NCBI GenBank assembly: GCA_027451365.1
Contig: DAIDJN010000057.1
Span: 1 to 34,576 of the forward strand
Origin: Phycisphaerales bacterium
Lineage (GTDB): Bacteria > Planctomycetota > Phycisphaerae > WQYP01
Direction: 5' to 3'
DNA length: 34,576 nt
This document shows positions 8,973-18,388 of the stretch, in pieces. The notes beneath the pieces were generated by a model. That model saw nothing but the letters and a program-made list of their open reading frames with translations, searched no databases and was not told the DNA's origin. Positions within the stretch are counted from its first letter, which is position 1. Each line of letters begins with the position of its first letter. Made by a program: the position numbers and the translations under genes.

Positions 8973-9503
8973 GTGGTCCTGCCACTGTTTCGGTACCATC
9001 CCGATCCCATCTCAACTGGCAGCATAAAGCCGAGCCATGAGCCTTGCGTATGTTGTGGAAAAAACACCGGTTTCAAGTACACGGCTGCATTGCACGGTCG
9101 TCATAGGCCGGGGAGGGTAGCCTGTGTCCCTGGTGTATTGCCAGCGGTGAGGCTGCGTCTAAGTTCAATTGTTTTTTCCGACGAAAGCCCGCTCGTCCGG
9201 GCTGGTATGCCAAGAGCCATTGTACTTGAGGTAAGCCGTCGCACCCCCTGCTATAACTGTTGGCAACAAGATGTTTGGGCGGCCTGCTGCCAGGATGGGT
9301 GCGTGTTTCACGGTGATGCAAGTGTTTCCGAACTTCTTTCCCTTAAAGGCGAGGAACTGGCGGAAGTGCAGCGTGAATGGTCGATCTCTTCAATACGGCG
9401 GGCGGCATTTGTGAAGCAGTACGTACCAGGCGGGGGGATAGCTGTTTATCGCTTTGATTGTCGCCATTGCGGAAAGACAAGATACGGACTCGACCTTTCA
9501 TAA
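8973..9503 (+). pseudogene. CbrC/UPF0167-family protein with an internal out-of-frame segment
   Basis: LP.FRYHPDP..TG.I...CVCCG, RTP.Y..WQQ..W..CC.D.C.F.G and YRFDCRHCG are in frame, but the conserved LCPWCIA.G.AA.KF motif is in the -1 frame at about 9113-9177. Confidence 0.82.
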
Positions 9504-9755
9504 TCGCGAGTAGAGCGGTCATTTTGGGCGTTCCTCGCTGACGCAGATGTTCTACGTCGAGAGCGAAGATGTCTGCGCAACGTTTCCGGCAATGAGCCAG
9601 GGCTTGCGGATTGGCGCAAAAAGTTAGCGAATTTCGCCGATTTTGGCGAGGATGACAATAGGCCATGATCTACCGTAGCCCGAGCTACAAAATGAAGCAC
9701 TGATCACCCTGCTTGTGGGCCCCTTGGCGTTAGATGGAAGAAGCGAGGAGTATTT

Positions 9756-10670
9756 GTGAGCCTGCAATCGGTCATTCAGCAATGTCGGACTGAATTCCAA
9801 GGTTTTCGCCCGGCAGCAAGTGATGGGGCTATGGCAAGGCTTCGGCAATTCGGCGGGCCGCCGTCGGAACCATTGATTGTGCTCTACCAAGACCACGATG
9901 GATCTGATCAGCACCTGACCAACGGCTGTAGAAGTCTGCCGGTACGCTTCATGCCCATCGCCAAGATATTGGAGGCGCGCGACCAGATGGCTCCGTATGA
10001 AAATCGCCAAGCGAAGGTTGGACCGATCGCGTGGTTTTGGACGGACGATAGCTCGAACTATGCGGATATTTATCTGGATGGCCCTTTGGCGGACTGGGTT
10101 TGTGTGTTTGATCACGAAGAACCCATCCTCACGCCGGCCTTCCGATCTGTCGAGTCATTCATGCTGCATTTGCTCGCGGGCACCCAAAGCAATTCCGGAG
10201 AAAGTCGTTTTTGCGATCTCCCGTCGCGTCGATGCGGATATTCCAAGGCAGCGCCGGACGGCACCCGGGCAGAGCAAGATTGGGTCCTGTCTGAGATTTT
10301 CAGGAAGAATTGGAGAGATGATCCTGACGAGGAACTGTCGCGACGCTTCGCCATGTGCGGCATTTGCCTTATTCCCTTTGAAAGGACCGGCGAAGCTATT
10401 ATATTTCCGGGTGCAGACGACATGTGGATACCGGAAGCTGCCGTTCGTCTGATTGAAATTCGGCGATGGCATGGAAACGTCGAACAAATACAGAGGCTTG
10501 TTTGCGACGGTCGTCCGAATGGAGAAAGTGCAGCGATGCGTTTATTGGAGAGGATGAACACCAACGAATCTCGAAAGGCAATCGCACGTCTCCAGCGAAA
10601 GCTCAAGGGACATAAGTTACAGGCGATTGAAATGCGGGCGCGCGTGCCACTCCAGCCGCCGCGCTGGTAA
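9756..10670 (+). CDS. SMI1/KNR4 (SUKH)-like immunity protein with helical C-terminal region
   Basis: GAGGAG RBS and GTG start. N-terminal PAAS...L....G..P...LY..HDG, then FWTDDSSNY..IYLDGPL...V...DHE...F.SVESF, typical of SUKH domains. Confidence 0.7.
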   Translation: MSLQSVIQQCRTEFQGFRPAASDGAMARLRQFGGPPSEPLIVLYQDHDGSDQHLTNGCRSLPVRFMPIAKILEARDQMAPYENRQAKVGPIAWFWTDDSSNYADIYLDGPLADWVCVFDHEEPILTPAFRSVESFMLHLLAGTQSNSGESRFCDLPSRRCGYSKAAPDGTRAEQDWVLSEIFRKNWRDDPDEELSRRFAMCGICLIPFERTGEAIIFPGADDMWIPEAAVRLIEIRRWHGNVEQIQRLVCDGRPNGESAAMRLLERMNTNESRKAIARLQRKLKGHKLQAIEMRARVPLQPPRW

Positions 10671-11005
10671 CGGAGGCCAGCCAAAATGCACGGGGAGGCT
10701 GCTGTGGAAGCCAGCAGCCAGCCCGCGGTGCCGGGAATCGTAAAGTTCGCGCGACTATCAACGTTTAGAACCTGTGAACCGTTCGGCAACGTGATGAGAG
10801 GATTTCGCTATTTTGCGTAGCCCTGCACTGCGGGTGCGGGCTTGTTGGATTTCAGAGCTTGGCGCACAGACAACCAACTTTTGAAGGTAGTCGCTGACAC
10901 CTGACCCGATTGTGCCCCGATTAACGTGTTAAGAGCGATTCGGCCAGATTCAGGCACGATCAGAATTTCGCCAAGAGCGATTTGTAAGGCGGTCCAATAA
11001 TCACC

Positions 11006-11056
11006 TTGCATTTGCTTCATTTAGGAGTTATAGTTAAAGCATGGCTTTAACTGTAA
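11006..11056 (+). promoter_or_regulatory. Sigma70-like promoter (TTGCAT-N17-TATAGT) with overlapping inverted-repeat operator of the abiE operon
   Basis: -35 at 11006-11011 and -10 at 11029-11034; palindrome ttaTagttaaagc-ATG-gctttaactGtaa (11028-11056) centred on the start codon. Confidence 0.7.
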
Positions 11057-11784
11057 GATATACATTAATCAGAAACCTGCAAACCGCGTTTCGGCGGGGC
11101 GAACCTTTTGACTATCCGCAACTGGCAAAATTGGGCGTATCGTCCGCCTTGGCGCATCATTATTTGAAATCAGGATGGTTGGTGCGGCTGGGGCGGGGTG
11201 TCTTTGCCTTTCCCAACGACACTCTCCGCCAAGAAGACTGCCTGAAATATCTGTCAGATCGCGTTGCCGGCCTTCATGTCGGTGGCAAGACCGCGTTAGC
11301 CTGGCGCGGCATTCGCCACAACGTTGCGGTCCGTGAAGTGCTTTGCTTATGGGGCGACGATAAGGCTGGCTTGCCGCCGTGGTTTCGGAAACGCTTTCCA
11401 TCGCGATATACGGTGCGCAATCCATTTTCGTCGCAATTACCTAAGGATTTCGGCTTACAGCCATTGCCGGAGGCACGTGATGGAGTTCCCGTGTCCGTGC
11501 CTGAACGGGCAATCCTGGAGATGTTGAGTGAAGTGGGTGTCCACGAGGGTGTCGAAGAAGCCCGCAATATCATGGAAGGTGTCAGATCACTACGGCCAGA
11601 TATACTGGCCACGCTGCTGAAAAACTGCCGGCGCGTTAAAGTCGTACGCCTGTGTGTGAACTGGTCCCAGGAGATGAACTTGCCGTGGGCAGGCGCAGCA
11701 AGGAAAGCCGCGAGCGGGCGTTCAGGGCGCGGCCGCTGGACGGGTCGCCTTAGGGACGGAACTATTCTTGTGCTCAAGCCATGA
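11041..11784 (+). CDS. abiEi: Type IV toxin-antitoxin antitoxin, AbiEi family transcriptional regulator
   Basis: L...GVS..LA..Y.KSGWL.RLGRGVF, HVGGKTAL...G..H, S.PERAILEML.EV, L.P..L..LL..C..VKV.RL. Confidence 0.9.
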   Translation: MALTVRYTLIRNLQTAFRRGEPFDYPQLAKLGVSSALAHHYLKSGWLVRLGRGVFAFPNDTLRQEDCLKYLSDRVAGLHVGGKTALAWRGIRHNVAVREVLCLWGDDKAGLPPWFRKRFPSRYTVRNPFSSQLPKDFGLQPLPEARDGVPVSVPERAILEMLSEVGVHEGVEEARNIMEGVRSLRPDILATLLKNCRRVKVVRLCVNWSQEMNLPWAGAARKAASGRSGRGRWTGRLRDGTILVLKP

Positions 11785-12707
11785 TGGATAAGACTTATAT
11801 TGAGATGGTCAGGCTGCTGCTCGAAATTGCTCCCGCAATTTTTGAATCATCGCATTTCGCCATGAAAGGCGGCACGGCCATCAATCTCTTTGTTGAAAAC
11901 ATGCCACGATTTTCGGTGGACATCGATGTGGTTTATACAAACCATCAGGCGAGCCGCGATGAAGCTATGGAATCAATCGCCAGGGGATTGGATGCCGCCA
12001 GAGAACGACTTATCAGGATGGACATTGAAGCAGAGCTTTCATCCGTTAAAATCGGTGATGAAATCAAATTGTTCATTCGCCGGGGCCGTCATCAGGTAAA
12101 AGTCGAGGTCAATCACGTCTTTCGCGGGACGGTTTTACCAGTCAAGATACTGCAGCTCGGCACCGAGGCCAGAAAACTATTCACGACGGAATTATCAGTG
12201 CCGATTTTAGCCGTGGCGGAACTGTATGGTAGCAAGCTGGTCGCCGCCATGGATCGCCAGCATCCACGTGACCTCTTCGATGTGCGCGGGCTTTTTGAGC
12301 GAAACGGTCTGACAGCGGAAATGGTCGAGTGTTTTGTGTGCTATCTGGCCGGTCACAACCGGCCGGTACATGAAGTCTTGTTTTCACACGACCAGGATAT
12401 TGCATCCGCCTTTGAAAACGAATTTGTGGGTATGAGCAGAGATCCTGTGACATTACCGGAATTGCAGCAGGTTCGCCGCAAACTGAAATATAAATTGCCC
12501 GCTTTGCTTACGCCGAATCAGCGGCAATTCCTGCTTGGGCTGGTTGCGGGCCAACCGAATTGGAAGTTGATGCAATGCCCTCACTTGTCACAGTTGCCAG
12601 CAATTCGTTGGAAACTCCAGAATCTCGCCAAGCTCAAGAAATCCAATCCAGGCAAGTTTACCCGACAATTTGAGGAACTTGATGCCCGATTGGCCGGGCA
12701 ATTGTAA
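11781..12707 (+). CDS. abiEii: Type IV toxin, AbiEii/AbiGii-family nucleotidyltransferase
   Basis: FAMKGGTAINLF...PRFSVDIDV, KVEVN, YGSKL.AA.DRQHPRDLFDV; ATGA overlap with the antitoxin stop codon. Confidence 0.92.
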   Translation: MMDKTYIEMVRLLLEIAPAIFESSHFAMKGGTAINLFVENMPRFSVDIDVVYTNHQASRDEAMESIARGLDAARERLIRMDIEAELSSVKIGDEIKLFIRRGRHQVKVEVNHVFRGTVLPVKILQLGTEARKLFTTELSVPILAVAELYGSKLVAAMDRQHPRDLFDVRGLFERNGLTAEMVECFVCYLAGHNRPVHEVLFSHDQDIASAFENEFVGMSRDPVTLPELQQVRRKLKYKLPALLTPNQRQFLLGLVAGQPNWKLMQCPHLSQLPAIRWKLQNLAKLKKSNPGKFTRQFEELDARLAGQL

Positions 12708-12994
12708 CAGCCAGGGCAAATTCATATAGAGCACCATGCATATCAAATGTAATTTTGCCAGTGCGCCTTTCGCGTCAGCGGATATTGCCGGGGCAATAAA
12801 TGATTGGTGACGGTGATTATCGGGAAAAGGCATGATTTTGCGCAGCAGCGACAAGACAGCCCGTCTATGTTTGGATATTGACCGGGTGGCAACCGGGTGA
12901 ATTTCCGCCACAGTCGCCAATGCGTGGGCCGCCAAGGCTGGAATCGCCATGATCAGCAGAAAGCAGAAGAGCCGCGTGCCGGTGATTTTTTCAT
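12708..12994 (-). pseudogene. Possible frameshifted remnant of a secreted protein
   Basis: ATG at 12994 followed by A6; one more A gives MKKITGTRLFCFLLIMAIPALAAHALA, a signal-peptide-like N-terminus. The 3' limit is uncertain. Confidence 0.35.
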
Positions 12995-13249
12995 AGAAAC
13001 TTTTTTTGCCCCCCCCAAAAAAAACCTGGCGGGGACAGTGGCCGATAAAGGGCGGTGGTGTGGGCCTTTGGGGACAATGGTGCCATTCGTAATAAAATAC
13101 TCCCGGCAAAATGGGCGAGGCAAACAGCCTGCGCCGGCGGAATCAGACGGTTGAGCATGTCCGCTAAAGGGGACATACGCGGAGTCAGAAGGGAAGTTGC
13201 TGATATTCGGGATTGTGGGTGGCAGCACACCAAAGCATTTCATGTCGAA

Positions 13250-13321
<72 letters not shown>

Positions 13322-13460
13322 GTTTGAATGCGCTTACGGCGCGCCGTCCGGCCTGTTTAAATCCGCCTGAATATTCCAGGGCCGGGACTCTACCGGAATT
13401 GGATTGTATCATCCGCGGCATTGGCCGCCAACACGGCCGCATCGCCCGCGCAATCCGGCT

Positions 13461-14852
13461 TTATTCCCGCGCTAAATCCGGTGGCAGCAGGTCGCTTACG
13501 GTGGCGGCGGGTGGGGCGGTGTCGATGTCGTCGGCCAGCACTTTGGTTCGGATAATTTCCGGTCCCTTCACATGGTTATATATCTGGTCCAGAATTCGTG
13601 AACTTATTCGTACGTCCAGTCCGACCCGGCCGGGGCAGGCATCGTAGTCACGTGCCTTCACTTCCGCAAATTTTTCCAGAAACGTGATTCCCTTGGAATC
13701 CGCCAGCGGCACGCTGATAATCGCCCGCAGGCTTTGGCCCAGCATCTGGCGGCGAACGGCGTCGGCCAGGGCTGTCATGCCGGTTCCATTTTTCGCACTG
13801 ATGGTCAGCGCACGCGGAAATTTAAGCCGCCAGAACGCCAGATCATCCGCGGATTCCACGGCATCCATTTTATTCAGCAGCAGCATTGCCGGTCGCGGGC
13901 CGCAGTCAATATCCATCAATACCTGGTGAACGCTTTGCAACTGTCGCAACGCCTGGGGATGGGCCACATCCAGCACAATTAAAAGCAGGTCGGCATGAAT
14001 AGCCTCTTCGAGTGTGGCCTTGAACGAGGCCACCAGATGGTGGGGAAGGTCGCGTACAAATCCGACGGTATCCGACAGCAGCGAAGAATGGGCCGCGCCC
14101 AGCCGCCAGGTGCGGGTTTTGGTGTCCAGTGTGGCAAACAATTTGTCTTCAACCAGTGTGCCCGCCCCGGTCAGGGTGTTAAAAAGTGTGCTTTTACCGG
14201 CGTTGGTGTAACCGACCAGCGAAACCGTAAAATGCAGTTCTTTGCGCGTGCTGACTTCACGCGCCTTGCGATCCTGCACGGAGGCAATGCGCGCTTTAAG
14301 GTCACTGACCCGCTGACGCACCAGCCGGCGGTCTATTTCCAACTGCATTTCACCCGGGCCGCGTGCCCCGACGCCTGCCCCCGCGCCGGCTCCGATTCTT
14401 TCCAGATGCGACCACATGTGCCGCAACCGTGGATAGGTGTATTCCAATTGCGCCAGGGCCACCTGAAGCTGGGCTTCATGGGTGCGGGCGCGGGTGGCAA
14501 AAATATCCAGAATCAGTTCGCTGCGGTCCAGAATCTTACATTGAATAATTTCTTCCAGGTCGCGCAACTGATTCGGCGACATGTCATTGTCAAAAATAAC
14601 CACATCGGCGTTCAATGCCCGAACCTGCTGGGCAATTTCCCTGGCCTTGCCGCTGCCGATATAGGTGCCCGGATCCACATCCTTCCTGTGCTGAATCATT
14701 CGATCCACCACCGTCGCCCCGGCGGTGGCCGCCAGGCTGGCCAGTTCGCCCAGCGGATCGCGCGCGTCCGCGGCTGAATCAGGCAAAATAACACCCACCA
14801 GAATCGCTTTTTCCCGTTGAACCGACAATTGTACCCGGCGATCTTGCGACAA
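13461..14852 (-). CDS. hflX: Ribosome-splitting GTPase HflX
   Basis: LILDIFA.RART.EA.LQV.LAQL.Y, GPGE.QLE.DRR, GYTNAGKST, LFATLD, DTVGF, NKMD; TTG start. Confidence 0.97.
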   Translation of the reverse strand: MSQDRRVQLSVQREKAILVGVILPDSAADARDPLGELASLAATAGATVVDRMIQHRKDVDPGTYIGSGKAREIAQQVRALNADVVIFDNDMSPNQLRDLEEIIQCKILDRSELILDIFATRARTHEAQLQVALAQLEYTYPRLRHMWSHLERIGAGAGAGVGARGPGEMQLEIDRRLVRQRVSDLKARIASVQDRKAREVSTRKELHFTVSLVGYTNAGKSTLFNTLTGAGTLVEDKLFATLDTKTRTWRLGAAHSSLLSDTVGFVRDLPHHLVASFKATLEEAIHADLLLIVLDVAHPQALRQLQSVHQVLMDIDCGPRPAMLLLNKMDAVESADDLAFWRLKFPRALTISAKNGTGMTALADAVRRQMLGQSLRAIISVPLADSKGITFLEKFAEVKARDYDACPGRVGLDVRISSRILDQIYNHVKGPEIIRTKVLADDIDTAPPAATVSDLLPPDLARE

Positions 14853-15039
14853 GAATCATAACTCCAAAAACCGGCAAAACCGCCATTCCGGCTCGCCCGC
14901 ACAGCCAACAGTATACCCGATTGTCCGCGCCGCCGGCCCGGTGGGCGGGCCCAAGCTGTTCGAAACGGCCCCCTGCGGCGCGGCGGTGCATCGGACGGTC
15001 CGTTGCCGGTCCATCCTAACCCATTGTACAATCCCGGTC

Positions 15040-15525
15040 ATGATATTTAATCGCCCGGCAAAATTTCTAGGTCCTCTGTCCGTCCGCCAACTGCCGCTGG
15101 CAGTTGGCTTGGCAATCTGCTTATTTTCCAGCGGCTGTGTGGAACAGACCATCACGGTGGTGACCAGCCCATCCGATTCGCTGGTCTATCTGAATGACGT
15201 GCAGCGCGGCCGGTCGCCCTGTACGGTTCCGTTTGAATTTTACGGAACCTACGACGTTCGCCTGCGTGCCAAAAAGAACATCGGGACCGCGGCTGAACCG
15301 GATTTTGTCTATTATTACCTGCACACCCATAAAACCACGGTGCGCCCCTGGTATCAGTGGTATGGAATTGACTTGATTGCCGCGCTTTTGCCGGTACACC
15401 TGAAAGATCACCAGATATGGGCGTTTGACCTTAAACGTGTGCCGGAACCATCCACAGGGGCGTTAATCCGCAAGGCCAAGGCGCTTAAGGCACAACTCCA
15501 GTCGCCCGCATCTACGCGGCCCTGA
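15040..15525 (+). CDS. PEGA-domain lipoprotein
   Basis: Lipobox FSSGC followed by V..TITV.TSP..SLVYLND...GRSP..VPF.FYGTYDVRL. Confidence 0.8.
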   Translation: MIFNRPAKFLGPLSVRQLPLAVGLAICLFSSGCVEQTITVVTSPSDSLVYLNDVQRGRSPCTVPFEFYGTYDVRLRAKKNIGTAAEPDFVYYYLHTHKTTVRPWYQWYGIDLIAALLPVHLKDHQIWAFDLKRVPEPSTGALIRKAKALKAQLQSPASTRP

Positions 15526-15737
15526 CCTGCCCGCGGGTGCCTATCCACGCGCCCCTCGGCATGAAAAAGGGATGGAACGTCCGATATAGTGGTCCGTTGC
15601 CAGCGGGCGAAGCGCCGCGCAGTCTGTTTCAACTGGCATGGGCGTCCGATGATCCATCCCGCATCCCGCCGCGGAAATTTCCTCACCCCTTGGCTAAAAT
15701 AGTTCTGTCCGGTAATGTAACGAATTGCCCACTTTTT

Positions 15738-15811
15738 GGCCGGATGCCCGAGTGGACCAAGGGAGCGGATTGCAAATCCGCGATTCGTGGGTTCGAATCC
15801 CACTCCGGCCT
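15738..15811 (+). tRNA. tRNA-Cys (GCA)
   Basis: GGCCGGATGCCCGAGTGGACCAAGGGAGCGGATTGCAAATCCGCGATTCGTGGGTTCGAATCCCACTCCGGCCT; anticodon arm gcgga-ttGCAaa-tccgc. Confidence 0.97.
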
Positions 15812-16051
15812 TTTAGCTTCAGCCCCTTGCGCACCTTGGTGTTTTGCCGCAAGGCTCAACTCCGGTGTAACGGAATTGCCGTGGTCGGCAGGTAAGCAAT
15901 TGAGCCGGTTGGCGTTATACTGGTTAGAATGATTGACCAGCCGAATGGAACGTGCAAACGGGCCATGCCTCCGGTTTTTTGGCTGGCTTCCACAGGCGGA
16001 GGCGAATGACCGATTGGCTGATTTTTGTCTTGTATTGGGAATGAATCTGTT

Positions 16052-17458
16052 ATGGCCACAGCTCCGACGACGCAAATTGCCGAAGGCCCCGGAAAGGGCA
16101 AAGCTTATTTTGATCGCGCACGCACCGTGGCGGATACCGGCAATTATGATTATGCCATTGATATGCTGATCGAAGGCCTGGCCCGCGAACCGGAAAATAT
16201 GGCCGAGCGCGAATTTTTGCGCGATGTGTCGTTGCGGCGCAAAGTAAAAGGGGGTAAACCGGGCGGCGGTCTTATGGGGGCGAAGGCATTTTTCAAGGGA
16301 AAGACACCCAAAGAACTTATGTTGAACGCCGAATGGCTGCTGGCCAAAGATCCCGGCAACATTGGTCTGATGCAGACGGTCATGAAACAGGCCAGCATTT
16401 GCCTGTATAAGGACATCGTGCTCTGGATTGCGCCGATTATTCTTCAGGCCAACCGCACCAATAAATTTCCGAATCCGAAGGTGTATATGGAAGTAGCCGA
16501 CACCTATGAAAAATTTGAAGAATTTGAGCTTGCCGGCGAGGCGATTCGCTGGGCGGCGCAACTGAATCCGACCGATGCGTTGCTATCCGACCGCATTAAA
16601 GAACTCGCCACGCGTGAAACCCTGAAGAAGGGGCAGTATGAATCGGTGCCCGACTTTAAAGAATCACTGAAAGACAAGCAGGCCACAAAAGACCTGATCA
16701 TGAAAGAAAATCTTTCAAAAACGGACGACTTCAAACTTCGCATGATCGAAGAAGCCCGCATTGTTTACGAAAAAAATATGCAAGACATGCAGGCGATTAA
16801 TAAATACGCCAAAACACTCGTTGAAATGGAAACCGAGGAGCATGAAAACAAGGCCATTGAAGTTCTGGATAAAGCATTCACGGAAACCAAAACCTACCGT
16901 TACAAAATGTACATTGGCGAAATTAAAATAAAACAACTGCGGCGGCAGCACCGCATTCTGGCCGAAGCCGTCAAGGCGCATCCCGGTGATGAAGCCATCC
17001 TGAAGGAATATCAGAAAATTGAGGCAGACCGTCTGGCGTTCGAGCTTGAAGAATTCGCCCAGCGGGCGCACCATTATCCATCGGACGGCGCGGTACTGTT
17101 TGAATATGGGTTCCGTCTTTACCGGGCCAAACAATATGATGCGGCCATCGCGGTCCTTCAGCAGGCACAGAACAGCCCGGCAAAGCGAGCTGAATCGCTG
17201 CATCTGCTGGGCCGTTCCTTTATCGAACAATCCATGAATCAGGAAGCCGTTGAAACCCTTCGCCGCGCTATTGAAAGCTATGAGCTTGCGGAAACCGGCG
17301 ACGCCAAAAGCAAGGAAATGCACTACTGGCTCGGCCGGGCTTATGAACTTACCGGCCAGAAGAATGATGCGGAAAAGATATTCAGCAAAATCATGCAATG
17401 GGACATCAATTTCCGTGATGCCCGTCTGCACCTTGCCGACCTGCGCAAGAAAGATTAA
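16052..17458 (+). CDS. Tetratricopeptide-repeat protein
   Basis: Long ORF with TPR motifs (NYDYAIDML..GL, FEYG.RLY...QYDAAI..LQ, YWLGRAYE..G....A...FSKI); start at ATG 16052 is assumed. Confidence 0.85.
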   Translation: MATAPTTQIAEGPGKGKAYFDRARTVADTGNYDYAIDMLIEGLAREPENMAEREFLRDVSLRRKVKGGKPGGGLMGAKAFFKGKTPKELMLNAEWLLAKDPGNIGLMQTVMKQASICLYKDIVLWIAPIILQANRTNKFPNPKVYMEVADTYEKFEEFELAGEAIRWAAQLNPTDALLSDRIKELATRETLKKGQYESVPDFKESLKDKQATKDLIMKENLSKTDDFKLRMIEEARIVYEKNMQDMQAINKYAKTLVEMETEEHENKAIEVLDKAFTETKTYRYKMYIGEIKIKQLRRQHRILAEAVKAHPGDEAILKEYQKIEADRLAFELEEFAQRAHHYPSDGAVLFEYGFRLYRAKQYDAAIAVLQQAQNSPAKRAESLHLLGRSFIEQSMNQEAVETLRRAIESYELAETGDAKSKEMHYWLGRAYELTGQKNDAEKIFSKIMQWDINFRDARLHLADLRKKD

Positions 17459-17641
17459 CCCGACCGGGCTTGGGGCGGCCATTTGATGACGCTTGCCGGA
17501 AACACGGGCAAATCCAATTAAATCTCGCTTATTTTCCGATGAATTTCCAGCATACACGTCCCAATTGCTCCACGGTTTTCATTGACCGGAACCAGTCGGG
17601 CGTTTAGCATCTGCCTTGTTTTGGAGACTTGGTGAGGTTTC

Positions 17642-18322
17642 ATGCGGGCAAAACCGGATTGGCTGAAATTGGCCGGAAAATTTATCGTCTTTGATGGACT
17701 TGACGGCTGTGGCAAGACCACGCAACTTGACCTGCTGCAAGCTCGGCTGATCGCCGCTGGCGTCGCCGTTGTCCGCATGCGCGAACCCGGGAGCACCCGT
17801 GTGGGTGAACATATACGCGAATTGCTGCTTTCTTCCAAAGGGGACGACCTGACCATGCGGACGGAAATGCTGCTTTACATGGCCAGCCGCGCACAAATGG
17901 TTCAGGAATCGCTTAAACCGGCGCTGGCTGGCGGAAATTGTGTACTGTCTGACCGGTACACCAGCAGCACGCTAGCCTACCAGGGATCTGCGGGGGGCCT
18001 TCCCGAAGAAGAAATTTTAACGGTGGCGCGGATTGCCACCCAGAATATTCAGCCAGACCTGACTATTATTCTGGACTTGCCCACGGAAAAGGCCGCCGAC
18101 CGGATGACCGCGAAAACCAGTGGCCAGCGCCGCCAGCCGGGACTTTTTCAGGATCGCATAGAGCAGCGGGATCTGGCTTATCATGCCGCGGTGCGGGATG
18201 GGTTTCTGCAGCAAGTCGCCAAATTCCCTCAACGCTACACGCAGATATCCGCCATCGGGACGCGGTCAGCCATAGAAGCCACAGTGGTGACTCGGCTGGT
18301 CGATTTTTTCGGATTGTCCTGA
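17642..18322 (+). CDS. tmk: Thymidylate (dTMP) kinase
   Basis: FIVFDGLDGCGKTTQ P-loop, REPG, E.LLY.ASRAQ, SDRY..STLAYQG, PDLTIILD. Confidence 0.96.
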   Translation: MRAKPDWLKLAGKFIVFDGLDGCGKTTQLDLLQARLIAAGVAVVRMREPGSTRVGEHIRELLLSSKGDDLTMRTEMLLYMASRAQMVQESLKPALAGGNCVLSDRYTSSTLAYQGSAGGLPEEEILTVARIATQNIQPDLTIILDLPTEKAADRMTAKTSGQRRQPGLFQDRIEQRDLAYHAAVRDGFLQQVAKFPQRYTQISAIGTRSAIEATVVTRLVDFFGLS

Positions 18323-18388
18323 AAAGGCCGGTCGCCGCGTAATCTTTTCGGCTTTGCAAGACTCCGGCTTCGGACTAATATTGCCCTG

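Noticed and set aside
10808..11020. 70-aa ORF divergent from abiEi
   Set aside because: No recognisable motif and its start overlaps the abiE promoter; insufficient support.
15683..17557. Long antisense ORFs (292 aa and 280 aa here; similar ones over hflX, GH35 and the 27253 gene)
   Set aside because: Shadow ORFs opposite well-supported genes, expected at this GC content; no motifs.
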